This document shows positions 1-15,000 of a DNA stretch of 64,000 bases, one piece after another. Each line of letters starts with the position of its first letter. Position 1 is the stretch's first letter. Both the position numbers and the translations under genes were made by a program. The notes under the pieces were generated by a model that saw only the letters and a program-made list of their open reading frames with translations, did not search any database and was not told the origin of the DNA. The DNA comes from Eledone cirrhosa (lineage: Eukaryota), in NCBI GenBank assembly GCA_964016885.1, contig OZ024745.1, forward strand, positions 12,090,001-12,154,000, in the 5' to 3' direction.

Positions 1-3000
1 TTTGTTCTCTTACCTAAATGAAACAAGCCTAGTTATGTCCCTGGTAATGTTTGTTCTCTTACCTAAATGAAACAAACCTAGTTATGTCCCTGGTAATGTT
101 TGTTCTCTTACCTAAATGAAACAAACCTAGTTATGTCCCTGGTAATGTTTGTTCTCTTACCTAAATGAAACAAACCTAGTTATGTCCCTGGTAATGTTTA
201 TTCTCTTACCTAAATGAAACAAACCTAGTTATGTCCCTGGTAATGTTTGTTCTCTTACCTAAATGAAACAAGCCTAGTTATGTCCCTGGTAATGTTTGTT
301 CTCTTACCTAAATGAAACAAACCTAGTTATGTCTCTGGTAATGTTTGTTCTCTTACCTAAATGAAACAAACCTTGTTATGTCCCTGGTAATGTTTGTTCT
401 CTTACCTAAATGAAACAAACCTAGTTATGTCCCTGGTAATGTTTGTTCTCTTACCTAAATGAAACAAACCTAGTTATGTCTCTGGTAATGTTTGTTCTCT
501 TACCTAAATGAAACAAACCTAGTTATGTCCCTGGTAATGTTTGTTCTCTTACCTAAATGAAACAAACCTTGTTATCTCCCTGGTAATGTTTGTTCTTTTA
601 CCTAAATGAAACAAACCTAGTTATGTCCCTGGTAATGTTTGTTCTCTTACCTAAATGAAACAAACCTAGTTATGTCTCTGGTAATGTTTGTTCTCTTACC
701 TAAATGAAACAAACCTAGTTATGTCCCTGGTAATGTTTGTTCTCTTACCTAAATGAAACAAACCTAGTTATGTCTCTGGTAATGTTTGTTCTCTTACCTA
801 AATGAAACAAACCTAGTTATGTCCCTGGTAATGTTTGTTCTCTTACCTAAATGAAACAAGCCTCGTTATGTCCCTGGTAATGTTTGTTCTCTTACCTAAA
901 TGAAACAAACCTAGTTATATCCCTGGTAATGTTTGTTCTCTTACCTAAATGAAACAAACCTTGTTATGTCCCTGGTAATGTTTGTTCTCTTACCTAAATG
1001 AAACAACTTAGTTATGTCCCTGGTAATGTTTGTTCTCTTACCTAAATGAAACAAACCTAGTTATGTCCCTGGCAATGTTTGTTCTCTTACCTAAATGAAA
1101 CAAACCTAGTTATGTCCCTGGTAATGTTTGTTCTCTTACCTAAATGAAACAAACCTAGTTATGTCCCTGGTAATGTTTGTTCTCTTACCTAAATGAAACA
1201 AACCTAGTTATGTCCCTGGTAATGTTTGTTCTCTTACCTAAATGAAACAAACCTAGTTATGTCCCTGGTAATGTTTGTTCTCTTACCTAAATGAAACAAG
1301 CCTAGTTATGTCCCTGGTAATGTTTGTTCTCTTACCTAAATGAAACAAACCTAGTTATGTCCCTGGTAATGTTTGTTCTCTTACCTAAATGAAACAAACT
1401 TAGTTATGTCCCTGGTAATGTTTGTTCTCTTACTTAAATGAAACAAACCTAGTTATGTCCCTGGTAATGTTTATTCTCTTACCTAAATGAAACAAACCTA
1501 GTTATGTCCCTGGTAATGTTTGTTCTCTTACCTAAATGAAACAAGCCTAGTTATGTCCCTGGTAATGTTTGTTCTCTTACCTAAACGAAGCAAACCTAGT
1601 TATGTCCCTGGTAATGTTTGTTCTCTTACCTAAATGAAACAAACCTTGTTATGTCCCTGGTAATGTTTGTTCTCTTACCTAAATGAAACAAACCTAGTTA
1701 TGTCCCTGGTAATGTTTGTTCTCTTACCTAAATGAAACAAACATAGTTATGTCTCTGGTAATGTTTGTTCTCTTACCTAAATGAAACAAACCTAGTTATG
1801 TCCCTGGTAATGTTTGTTCTCTTACCTAAATGAAACAAACCTTGTTATGTCCCTGGTAATGTTTGTTCTCTTACCTAAATGAAACAAACCTAGTTATGTC
1901 CCTGGTAATGTTTGTTCTCTTACCTAAATGAAACAAACCTAGTTATGTCTCTGGTAATGTTTGTTCTCTTACCTAAATGAAACAAACCTAGTTATGTCCC
2001 TGGTAATGTTTGTTCTCTTACCTAAATGAAACAAACCTAGTTATGTCTCTGGTAATGTTTGTTCTCTTACCTAAATGAAACAAACCTAGTTATGTCCCTG
2101 GTAATGTTTGTTCTCTTACCTAAATGAAACAAACCTTGTTATGTCCCTGGTAATGTTTGTTCTCTTACCTAAATGAAACAAACCTAGTTATGTCCCTGGT
2201 AATGTTTGTTCTCTTACCTAAATGAAACAAACCTAGTTATGTCTCTGGTAATGTTTGTTCTCTTACCTAAATGAAACAAACCTAGTTATGTCCCTGGTAA
2301 TGTTTGTTCTCTTACCTAAATGAAACAAACCTAGTTATGTCCCTGGTAATGTTTGTTCTCTTACCTAAATGAAACAAGCCTAGTTATGTCCCTGGTAATG
2401 TTTGTTCTCTTACCTAAATGAAACAAACCTAGTTATGTCCCTCGTAATGTTTGTTCTCTTACCTAAATGAAACAAGCCTAGTTATGTCCCTGGTAATGTT
2501 TGTTCTCTTACCTAAATGAAACAAACCTAGTTATATCCCTGGTAATGTTTGTTCTCTTTCCTAAATGAAACAAACCTTGTTATGTCCCTGGAAATGTTTG
2601 TTCTCTTACTTAAATGAAACAAACCTTGTTATGTCCCTGGTAATGTTTGTTCTCTTACCTAAATGAAACAAACCTAGTTATGTCCCTGGTAATGTTTGTT
2701 CTCTTACCTAAATGAAACAAACCTAGTTATGTCTCTGGTAATGTTTGTTCTCTTACCTAAATGAAACAAACCTTGTTATGTCCCTGGTAATGTTTGTTCT
2801 CTTACCTAAATGAAACTAACCTAGTTATGTCCCTGGTAATGTTTGTTCTCTTACCTAAATGAAACAAACCTAGTTATGTCTCTGGTAATGTTTGTTCTCT
2901 TACCTAAATAAAACAAACCTAGTTATGTCCCTGGTAATGTTTGTTCTCTTACCTAAATGAAACAAACCTTGTTATGTCCCTGGTAATGTTTGTTCTCTTA

Positions 3001-6000
3001 CCTAAATGAAACAAACCTAGTTATGTCCCTGGTAATGTTTGTTCTCTTACCTAAATGAAACAAACCTAGTTATGTCTCTGGTAATGTTTGTTCTCTTACC
3101 TAAATGAAACAAACCTAGTTATGTCCCTGGTAATGTTTGTTCTCTTACCTAAATGAAACAAACCTAGTTATGTCTCTGGTAATGTTTGTTCTCTTACCTA
3201 AATGAAACAAACCTAGTTATGTCCCTGGTAATGTTTGTTCTCTTACCTAAATGAAACAAACCTAGTTATGTCTCTGGTAATGTTTGTTCTCTTACCTAAA
3301 TGAAACAAACCTAGTTATGTCCCTGGTAATGTTTGTTCTCTTACCTAAATGAAACAAGCCTCGTTATGTCCCTGGTAATGTTTGTTCTCTTACCTAAATG
3401 AAACAAACCTAGTTATATCCCTGGTAATGTTTGTTCTCTTACCTAAATGAAACAAACCTTGTTATGTCCCTGGTAATGTTTGTTCTCTTACCTAAATGAA
3501 ACAAACTTAGTTATGTCCCTGGTAATGTTTGTTCTCTTACCTAAATGAAACAAACATAGTTATGTCCCTGGTAATGTTTGTTCTCTTACCTAAATGAAAC
3601 AAACCTAGTTATGTCCCTGGTAATGTTTGTTCTCTTACCTAAATGAAACAAACCTAGTTATGTCCCTGGTAATGTTTGTTCTCTTACCTAAATGAAACAA
3701 ACCTAGTTATGTCCCTGGTAATGTTTGTTCTCTTACCTAAATGAAACAAACCTAGTTATGTCCCTGGTAATGTTTGTTCTCTTACCTAAATGAAACAAGC
3801 CTAGTTATGTCCCTGGTAATGTTTGTTCTCTTACCTAAATGAAACAAACCTAGTTATGTCCCTGGTAATGTTTGTTCTCTTACCTAAATGAAACAAACTT
3901 AGTTATGTCCCTGGTAATGTTTGTTCTCTTACCTAAATGAAACAAACCTAGTTATGTCCCTGGTAATGTTTATTCTCTTACCTAAATGAAACAAACCTAG
4001 TTATGTCCCTGGTAATGTTTGTTCTCTTACCTAAATGAAACAAGCCTAGTTATGTCCCTGGTAATGTTTGTTCTCTTACCTAAATGAAACAAACCTAGTT
4101 ATGTCCCTGTTAATGTTTGTTCTCTTACCTAAATGAAACAAACCTTGTTATGTCCCTGGTAATGTTTGTTGTCTTACCTAAATGAAACAAACCTAGTTAT
4201 GTCCCTGGTAATGTTTGTTCTCTTACCTAAATGAAACAAACCTAGTTATGTCTCTGGTAATGTTTGTTCTCTTACCTAAATGAAACAAACCTAGTTATGT
4301 CCCTGGTAATGTTTGTTCTCTTACCTAAATGAAACAAACCTTGTTATGTCCCTGGTAATGTTTGTTCTCTTACATAAATGAAACAAACCTAGTTATGTCC
4401 CTGGTAATGTTTGTTCTCTTACCTAAATGAAACAAACCTAGTTATGTCTCTGGTAATGTTTGTTCTCTTACCTAAATGAAACAAACCTAGTTATGTCTCT
4501 GGTAATGTTTGTTCTCTTACCTAAATGAAACAAACCTAGTTATGTCCCTGGTAATGTTTGTTCTCTTACCTAAATGAAACAAACCTTGTTATCTCCCTGG
4601 TAATGTTTGTTCTCTTACCTAAATGAAACAAACCTAGTTATGTCCCTGGTAATGTTTGTTCTCTTACCTAAATGAAACAAACCTAGTTATGTCTCTGGTA
4701 ATGTTTGTTCTCTTACCTAAATGAAACAAACCTAGTTATGTCCCTGGTAATGTTTGTTCTCTTACCTAAATGAAACAAACCTAGTTATGTCTCTGGTAAT
4801 GTTTGTTCTCTTACCTAAATGAAACAAACCTAGTTATGTCCCTGGTAATGTTTGTTCTCTTACCTAAATGAAACAAGCCTCGTTATGTCCCTGGTAATGT
4901 TTGTTCTCTTACCTAAATGAAACAAACCTAGTTATATCCCTGGTAATGTTTGTTCTCTTACCTAAATGAAACAAACCTTGTTATGTCCCTGGTAATGTTT
5001 GTTCTCTTACCTAAATGAAACAACTTAGTTATGTCCCTGGTAATGTTTGTTCTCTTACCTAAATGAAACAAACCTAGTTATGTCCCTGGCAATGTTTGTT
5101 CTCTTACCTAAATGAAACAAACCTAGTTATGTCCCTGGTAATGTTTGTTCTCTTACCTAAATGAAACAAACCTAGTTATGTCCCTGGTAATGTTTGTTCT
5201 CTTACCTAAATGAAACAAACCTAGTTATGTCCCTGGTAATGTTTGTTCTCTTACCTAAATGAAACAAACCTAGTTATGTCCCTGGTAATGTTTGTTCTCT
5301 TACCTAAATGAAACAAGCCTAGTTATGTCCCTGGTAATGTTTGTTCTCTTACCTAAATGAAACAAACCTAGTTATGTCCCTGGTAATGTTTGTTCTCTTA
5401 CCTAAATGAAACAAACTTAGTTATGTCCCTGGTAATGTTTGTTCTCTTACTTAAATGAAACAAACCTAGTTATGTCCCTGGTAATGTTTATTCTCTTACC
5501 TAAATGAAACAAACCTAGTTATGTCCCTGGTAATGTTTGTTCTCTTACCTAAATGAAACAAGCCTAGTTATGTCCCTGGTAATGTTTGTTCTCTTACCTA
5601 AACGAAGCAAACCTAGTTATGTCCCTGGTAATGTTTGTTCTCTTACCTAAATGAAACAAACCTTGTTATGTCCCTGGTAATGTTTGTTCTCTTACCTAAA
5701 TGAAACAAACCTAGTTATGTCCCTGGTAATGTTTGTTCTCTTACCTAAATGAAACAAACATAGTTATGTCTCTGGTAATGTTTGTTCTCTTACCTAAATG
5801 AAACAAACCTAGTTATGTCCCTGGTAATGTTTGTTCTCTTACCTAAATGAAACAAACCTTGTTATGTCCCTGGTAATGTTTGTTCTCTTACCTAAATGAA
5901 ACAAACCTAGTTATGTCCCTGGTAATGTTTGTTCTCTTACCTAAATGAAACAAACCTAGTTATGTCTCTGGTAATGTTTGTTCTCTTACCTAAATGAAAC

Positions 6001-9000
6001 AAACCTAGTTATGTCCCTGGTAATGTTTGTTCTCTTACCTAAATGAAACAAACCTAGTTATGTCTCTGGTAATGTTTGTTCTCTTACCTAAATGAAACAA
6101 ACCTAGTTATGTCCCTGGTAATGTTTGTTCTCTTACCTAAATGAAACAAACCTTGTTATGTCCCTGGTAATGTTTGTTCTCTTACCTAAATGAAACAAAC
6201 CTAGTTATGTCCCTGGTAATGTTTGTTCTCTTACCTAAATGAAACAAACCTAGTTATGTCTCTGGTAATGTTTGTTCTCTTACCTAAATGAAACAAACCT
6301 AGTTATGTCCCTGGTAATGTTTGTTCTCTTACCTAAATGAAACAAACCTAGTTATGTCCCTGGTAATGTTTGTTCTCTTACCTAAATGAAACAAGCCTAG
6401 TTATGTCCCTGGTAATGTTTGTTCTCTTACCTAAATGAAACAAACCTAGTTATGTCCCTCGTAATGTTTGTTCTCTTACCTAAATGAAACAAGCCTAGTT
6501 ATGTCCCTGGTAATGTTTGTTCTCTTACCTAAATGAAACAAACCTAGTTATATCCCTGGTAATGTTTGTTCTCTTTCCTAAATGAAACAAACCTTGTTAT
6601 GTCCCTGGAAATGTTTGTTCTCTTACTTAAATGAAACAAACCTTGTTATGTCCCTGGTAATGTTTGTTCTCTTACCTAAATGAAACAAACCTAGTTATGT
6701 CCCTGGTAATGTTTGTTCTCTTACCTAAATGAAACAAACCTAGTTATGTCTCTGGTAATGTTTGTTCTCTTACCTAAATGAAACAAACCTTGTTATGTCC
6801 CTGGTAATGTTTGTTCTCTTACCTAAATGAAACTAACCTAGTTATGTCCCTGGTAATGTTTGTTCTCTTACCTAAATGAAACAAACCTAGTTATGTCTCT
6901 GGTAATGTTTGTTCTCTTACCTAAATAAAACAAACCTAGTTATGTCCCTGGTAATGTTTGTTCTCTTACCTAAATGAAACAAACCTTGTTATGTCCCTGG
7001 TAATGTTTGTTCTCTTACCTAAATGAAACAAACCTAGTTATGTCCCTGGTAATGTTTGTTCTCTTACCTAAATGAAACAAACCTAGTTATGTCTCTGGTA
7101 ATGTTTGTTCTCTTACCTAAATGAAACAAACCTAGTTATGTCCCTGGTAATGTTTGTTCTCTTACCTAAATGAAACAAACCTAGTTATGTCTCTGGTAAT
7201 GTTTGTTCTCTTACCTAAATGAAACAAACCTAGTTATGTCCCTGGTAATGTTTGTTCTCTTACCTAAATGAAACAAACCTAGTTATGTCTCTGGTAATGT
7301 TTGTTCTCTTACCTAAATGAAACAAACCTAGTTATGTCCCTGGTAATGTTTGTTCTCTTACCTAAATGAAACAAGCCTCGTTATGTCCCTGGTAATGTTT
7401 GTTCTCTTACCTAAATGAAACAAACCTAGTTATATCCCTGGTAATGTTTGTTCTCTTACCTAAATGAAACAAACCTTGTTATGTCCCTGGTAATGTTTGT
7501 TCTCTTACCTAAATGAAACAAACTTAGTTATGTCCCTGGTAATGTTTGTTCTCTTACCTAAATGAAACAAACATAGTTATGTCCCTGGTAATGTTTGTTC
7601 TCTTACCTAAATGAAACAAACCTAGTTATGTCCCTGGTAATGTTTGTTCTCTTACCTAAATGAAACAAACCTAGTTATGTCCCTGGTAATGTTTGTTCTC
7701 TTACCTAAATGAAACAAACCTAGTTATGTCCCTGGTAATGTTTGTTCTCTTACCTAAATGAAACAAACCTAGTTATGTCCCTGGTAATGTTTGTTCTCTT
7801 ACCTAAATGAAACAAGCCTAGTTATGTCCCTGGTAATGTTTGTTCTCTTACCTAAATGAAACAAACCTAGTTATGTCCCTGGTAATGTTTGTTCTCTTAC
7901 CTAAATGAAACAAACTTAGTTATGTCCCTGGTAATGTTTGTTCTCTTACCTAAATGAAACAAACCTAGTTATGTCCCTGGTAATGTTTATTCTCTTACCT
8001 AAATGAAACAAACCTAGTTATGTCCCTGGTAATGTTTGTTCTCTTACCTAAATGAAACAAGCCTAGTTATGTCCCTGGTAATGTTTGTTCTCTTACCTAA
8101 ATGAAACAAACCTAGTTATGTCCCTGTTAATGTTTGTTCTCTTACCTAAATGAAACAAACCTTGTTATGTCCCTGGTAATGTTTGTTGTCTTACCTAAAT
8201 GAAACAAACCTAGTTATGTCCCTGGTAATGTTTGTTCTCTTACCTAAATGAAACAAACCTAGTTATGTCTCTGGTAATGTTTGTTCTCTTACCTAAATGA
8301 AACAAACCTAGTTATGTCCCTGGTAATGTTTGTTCTCTTACCTAAATGAAACAAACCTTGTTATGTCCCTGGTAATGTTTGTTCTCTTACATAAATGAAA
8401 CAAACCTAGTTATGTCCCTGGTAATGTTTGTTCTCTTACCTAAATGAAACAAACCTAGTTATGTCTCTGGTAATGTTTGTTCTCTTACCTAAATGAAACA
8501 AACCTAGTTATGTCCCTGGTAATGTTTGTTCTCTTACCTAAATGAAACAAACCTAGTTATATCCCTGGTAATGTTTGTTCTCTTACCTAAATGAAACAAA
8601 CCTTGTTATGTCCCTGGTAATGTTTGTTCTCTTACCTAAATGAAACAAACTTAGTTATGTCCCTGGTAATGTTTGTTCTCTTACCTAAATGAAACAAACC
8701 TAGTTATGTCCCTGGTAATGTTTGTTCTCTTACCTAAATGAAACCAACCTAGTTATGTCCCTGGTAATGTTTGTTCTCTTACCTAATTGAAACAAACCTA
8801 GTTATGTCCCTGGTAATGTTTGTTCTCTTACCTAAATGAAACAAGTCTAGTTATGTCCCTGGTAATGTTTGTTCTCTTACCTAAATGAAACAAACCTAGT
8901 TATGTCCCTGGTAATGTTTGTTCTCTTACCTAAATGAAACAAACTTAGTTATGTCCCTGGTAATGTTTGTTCTCTTACCTAAATGAAACAAACCAAGTTA

Positions 9001-12000
9001 TGTCTCTGGTAATGTTTGTTCTCTCACCTAAATGAAACAAACCTAGTTATGTCCCTGGTAATGTTTGTTCTCTTACCTAAATAAAACAAGCCTTGTTATG
9101 TCCCTGGTAATGTTTGTTCTCTTACCTAAATGAAACAAACCTTGTTATGTCCCTGGTAATGTTTGTTCTCTTACCTAAATGAAACAAACTTAGTTATGTC
9201 CCTGGTAATGTTTGTTCTCTTACCTAAATGAAACAAACCTAGTTATGTCCCTGGTAATGTTTGTTCTCTTACCTAAATGAAACAAACCTAGTTATGTCCC
9301 TGGTAATGTTTGTTCTCTTACCTAAATGAAACAAACCTAGTTATGTCTCTGGTAATGTTTGTTCTCTTACCTAAATGAAACAAACCTAGTTATGTCCCTG
9401 GTAATGTTTGTTCTCTTACCTAAATGAAACAAACCTAGTTATGTCCCTGGTAATGTTTGTTCTCTTACCTAAATGAAACAAGCCTAGTTATGTCCCTGGT
9501 AATGTTTGTTCTCTTACCTAAATGAAACAAGCCTAGTTATGTCCCTGGTAATGTTTGTTCTCTTACCTAAATGAAACAAAACTAGTTATGTCCCTGGTAA
9601 TGTTTGTTCTCTTACCTAAATGAAACAAGCCTAGTTATGTCCCTGGTAATGTTTGTTCTCTTACCTAAATGAAACAAACCTAGTTATGTCCCTGGTAATG
9701 TTTGTTCTCTTACCTAAATGAAACAAACCTAGTTATGTCCAAGGTAATGTTTGTTCTCTTACCTAAATGAAACAAACCTAGTTATGTCCCTGGTAATGTT
9801 TGTTCTCTTACCCAAATGAAACAAACCTAGTTATATCCCTGGTAATGTTTGTTCTCTTACCTAAATGAAACAAACCTTGTTATGTCCCTGGTAATGTTTG
9901 TTCTCTTACCTAAATGAAACAAACTTAGTTATGTCCCTGGTAATGTTTGTTCTCTTACCTAAATGAAACAAACATAGTTATGTCCCTGGTAATGTTTGTT
10001 CTCTTACCTAAATGAAACAAACCTAGTTATGTCCCTGGTAATGTTTGTTCTCTTACCTAAATGAAACAAACCTAGTTATGTCCCTGGTAATGTTTGTTCT
10101 CTTACCTAAATGAAACAAACCTAGTTATGTCCCTGGTAATGTTTGTTCTCTTACCTAAATGAAACAAACCTAGTTATGTCCCTGGTAATGTTTGTTCTCT
10201 TACCTAAATGAAACAAGCCTAGTTATGTCCCTGGTAATGTTTGTTCTCTTACCTAAATGAAACAAACCTAGTTATGTCCCTGGTAATGTTTGTTCTCTTA
10301 CCTAAATGAAACAAACTTAGTTATGTCCCTGGTAATGTTTGTTCTCTTACCTAAATGAAACAAACCTAGTTATGTCCCTGGTAATGTTTGTTCTCTTACC
10401 TAAATGAAACAAACCTAGTTATGTCCAAGGTAATGTTTGTTCTCTTACCTAAATGAAACAAACCTAGTTATGTCCCTGGTAATGTTTGTTCTCTTACCTA
10501 AATGAAACAAACCTAGTTATGTCCAAGGTAATGTTTGTTCTCTTACCTAAATGAAACAAACCTAGTTATGTCCCTGGTAATGTTTGTTCTCTTACCTAAA
10601 TGAAACAAACCTAGTTATGTCTCTGGTAATGTTTGTTCTCTTACCTAAATGAAACAAACCTAGTTATGTCCCTGGTAATGTTTGTTCTTTTACCTAAATG
10701 AAACAAGCCTCGTTATGTCCCTGGTAATGTTTGTTCTCTTACCCAAATGAAACAAACCTAGTTATATCCCTGGTAATGTTTGTTCTCTTACCTAAATGAA
10801 ACAAACCTTGTTATGTCCCTGGTAATGTTTGTTCTCTTACCTAAATGAAACAAACTTAGTTATGTCCCTGGTAATGTTTGTTCTCTTACCTAAATGAAAC
10901 AAACATAGTTATGTCCCTGGTAATGTTTGTTCTCTTACCTAAATGAAACAAACCTAGTTATGTCCCTGGTAATGTTTGTTCTCTTACCTAAATGAAACAA
11001 ACCTAGTTATGTCCCTGGTAATGTTTGTTCTCTTACCTAAATGAAACAAACCTAGTTATGTCCCTGGTAATGTTTGTTCTCTTACCTAAATGAAACAAAC
11101 CTAGTTATGTCCCTGGTAATGTTTGTTCTCTTACCTAAATGAAACAAGCCTAGTTATGTCCCTGGTAATGTTTGTTCTCTTACCTAAATGAAACAAACCT
11201 AGTTATGTCCCTGGTAATGTTTGTTCTCTTACCTAAATGAAACAAACTTAGTTATGTCCCTGGTAATGTTTGTTCTCTTACCTAAATGAAACAAACCTAG
11301 TTATGTCCCTGGTAATGTTTATTCTCTTACCTAAATGAAACAAACCTAGTTATGTCCCTGGTAATGTTTGTTCTCTTACCTAAATGAAACAAGCCTAGTT
11401 ATGTCCCTGGTAATGTTTGTTCTCTTACCTAAATGAAACAAACCTAGTTATGTCCCTGGTAATGTTTGTTCTCTTACCTAAATGAAACAAACCTAGTTAT
11501 ATCCCTGGTAATGTTTGTTCTCTTACCTAAATGAAACAAACCTTGTTATGTCCCTGGTAATGTTTGTTCTCTTACCTAAATGAAACAAACTTAGTTATGT
11601 CCCTGGTAATGTTTGTTCTCTTACCTAAATGAAACAAACCTAGTTATGTCCCTGGTAATGTTTGTTCTCTTACCTAAATGAAACCAACCTAGTTATGTCC
11701 CTGGTAATGTTTGTTCTCTTACCTAATTGAAACAAACCTAGTTATGTCCCTGGTAATGTTTGTTCTCTTACCTAAATGAAACAAGTCTAGTTATGTCCCT
11801 GGTAATGTTTGTTCTCTTACCTAAATGAAACAAACCTAGTTATGTCCCTGGTAATGTTTGTTCTCTTACCTAAATGAAACAAACCTAGTTATGTCCCTGG
11901 TAATGTTTGTTCTCTTACCTAAATGAAACAAGCCTAGTTATGTCCCTGGTAATGTTTGTTCTCTTACCTAAATGAAACAAACCTAGTTATGTCCCTGGTA

Positions 12001-15000
12001 ATGTTTGTTCTCTTACCTAAATGAAACCAACCTAGTTATGTCCCTGGTAATGTTTGTTCTCTTACCTAATTGAAACAAACCTAGTTATGTCCCTGGTAAT
12101 GTTTGTTCTCTTACCTAAATGAAACAAGTCTAGTTATGTCCCTGGTAATGTTTGTTCTCTTACCTAAATGAAACAAACCTAGTTATGTCCCTGGTAATGT
12201 TTGTTCTCTTACCTAAATGAAACAAACTTAGTTATGTCCCTGGTAATGTTTGTTCTCTTACCTAAATGAAACAAACCAAGTTATGTCTCTGGTAATGTTT
12301 GTTCTCTTACCTAAATGAAACAAACCTAGTTATGTCCCTGGTAATGTTTGTTCTCTTACCTAAATAAAACAAGCCTTGTTATGTCCCTGGTAATGTTTAT
12401 TCTCTTACCTAAATGAAACAAACCTTGTTATGTCCCTGGTAATGTTTGTTCTCTTACCTAAATGAAACAAACTTAGTTATGTCCCTGGTAATGTTTGTTC
12501 TCTTACCTAAATGAAACAAACCTAGTTATGTCCCTGGTAATGTTTGTCCTCTTACCTAAATGAAACCAACCTAGTTATGTCCCTGGTAATGTTTGTTCTC
12601 TTACCTAAATGAAACAAACCTTGTTATGTCCCTGGTAATGTTTGTTCTCTTACCTAAATGAAACAAACCTAGTTATGTCCCTGGTAATGTTTGTTCTCTT
12701 ACCTAAATGAAACAAGCCTAGTTATGTCCCTGGTAATGTTTGTTCTCTTACCTAAATGAAACAAGCCTAGTTACGTCCCTGGTAATGTTTGTTCTCTTAC
12801 CTAAATGAAACAAAACTAGTTATGTCCCTGGTAATGTTTGTTCTCTTACCTAAATGAAACAAGCCTAGTTATGTCCCTGGTAATGTTTGTTCTCTTACCT
12901 AAATGAAACAAACCTAGTTATGTCCCTGGTAATGTTTGTTCTCTTACCTAAATGAAACAAACCTAGTTATGTCCAAGGTAATGTTTGTTCTCTTACCTAA
13001 ATGAAACAAGCCTAGTTATGTCCCTGGTAATGTTTGTTCTCTTACCTAAATGAAACAAGCCTAGTTATGTCCCTGGTAATGTTTGTTCTCTTACCTAAAT
13101 GAAACAAGCCTAGTTATGTCCCTGGTAATGTTTGTTCTCTTACCTAAATGAAACAAACCTAGTTATGTCCCTGGTAATGTTTGTTCTCTTACCTAAATGA
13201 AACAAGCCTAGTTATGTCCCTGGTAATGTTTGTTCTCTTACCTAAATGAAACAAACCTAGTTATGTCCCTGGTAATGTTTGTTCTCTTACCTAAATGAAA
13301 CAAGCCTAGTTATGTCCTTGGTAATGTTTGTTCTCTTACCTAAATGAAACAAACCTAGTTATGTCCCTGTTAATGTTTGTTCTCTTACCTAAATGAAACA
13401 AACCTTGTTATGTCCCTGGTAATGTTTGTTGTCTTACCTAAATGAAACAAACCTAGTTATGTCCCTGGTAATGTTTGTTCTCTTACCTAAATGAAACAAA
13501 CCTAGTTATGTCTCTGGTAATGTTTGTTCTCTTACCTAAATGAAACAAACCTAGTTATGTCCCTGGTAATGTTTGTTCTCTTACCTAAATGAAACAAACC
13601 TAGTTATATCCCTGGTAATGTTTGTTCTCTTACCTAAATGAAACAAACCTTGTTATGTCCCTGGTAATGTTTGTTCTCTTACCTAAATGAAACAAACTTA
13701 GTTATGTCCCTGGTAATGTATGTTCTCTTACCTAAATGAAACAAACCTAGTTATGTCCCTGGTAATGTTTGTTCTCTTACCTAAATGAAACCAACCTAGT
13801 TATGTCCCTGGTAATGTTTGTTCTCTTACCTAATTGAAACAAACCTAGTTATGTCCCTGGTAATGTTTGTTCTCTTACCTAAATGAAACAAGTCTAGTTA
13901 TGTCCCTGGTAATGTTTGTTCTCTTACCTAAATGAAACAAACCTAGTTATGTCCCTGGTAATGTTTGTTCTCTTACCTAAATGAAACAAACTTAGTTATG
14001 TCCCTGGTAATGTTTGTTCTCTTACCTAAATGAAACAAACCAAGTTATGTCTCTGGTAATGTTTGTTCTCTTACCTAAATGAAACAAACCTAGTTATGTC
14101 CCTGGTAATGTTTGTTCTCTTACCTAAATAAAACAAGCCTTGTTATGTCCCTGGTAATGTTTGTTCTCTTACCTAAATGAAACAAACCTTGTTATGTCCC
14201 TGGTAATGTTTGTTCTCTTACCTAAATGAAACAAACTTAGTTATGTCCCTGGTAATGTTTGTTCTCTTACCTAAATGAAACAAGCCTAGTTATGTCCCTG
14301 GTAATGTTTGTTCTCTTACCTAAATGAAACAAGCCTAGTTATGTCCCTGGTAATGTTTGTTCTCTTACCTAAATGAAACAAACCTAGTTATGTCCCTGGT
14401 AATGTTTGTTCTCTTACCTAAATGAAACAAGCCTAGTTATGTCCCTGGTAATGTTTGTTCTCTTACCTAAATGAAACAAACCTAGTTATGTCCCTGGTAA
14501 TGTTTGTTCTCTTACCTAAATGAAACAAACCTAGTTATGTCCCTGGTAATGTTTGTTCTCTTACCTAAATGAAACAAGCCTAGTTATGTCCCTGGTAATG
14601 TTTGTTCTCTTACCTAAATGAAACAAACCTAGTTATGTCCCTGGTAATGTTTGTTCTCTTACCTGAATGAAACAAACCTAGTTATGTCCCTGGTAATGTT
14701 TGTTCTCTTACCTAAATGAAACAAACTTAGTTATGTCCCTGGTAATGTTTGTTCTCTTACCTAAATGAAACAAACCTAGTTATGTCCCTGGTAATGTTTG
14801 TTCTCTTACCTAAATGAAACAAACCTAGTTATGTCCCTGGTAATGTTTGTTCTCTTACCTAAATGAAACAAACCTAGTTATGTCCCTGGTATTGTTTGTT
14901 CTCTTACCTAAATGAAACCAGCCTTGTTATGTCCCTGGTAATGTTTGTTCTGTTACCTAAATGAAACAAACCTTGTTATGTCCCTGGTAATGTTTGTTCT

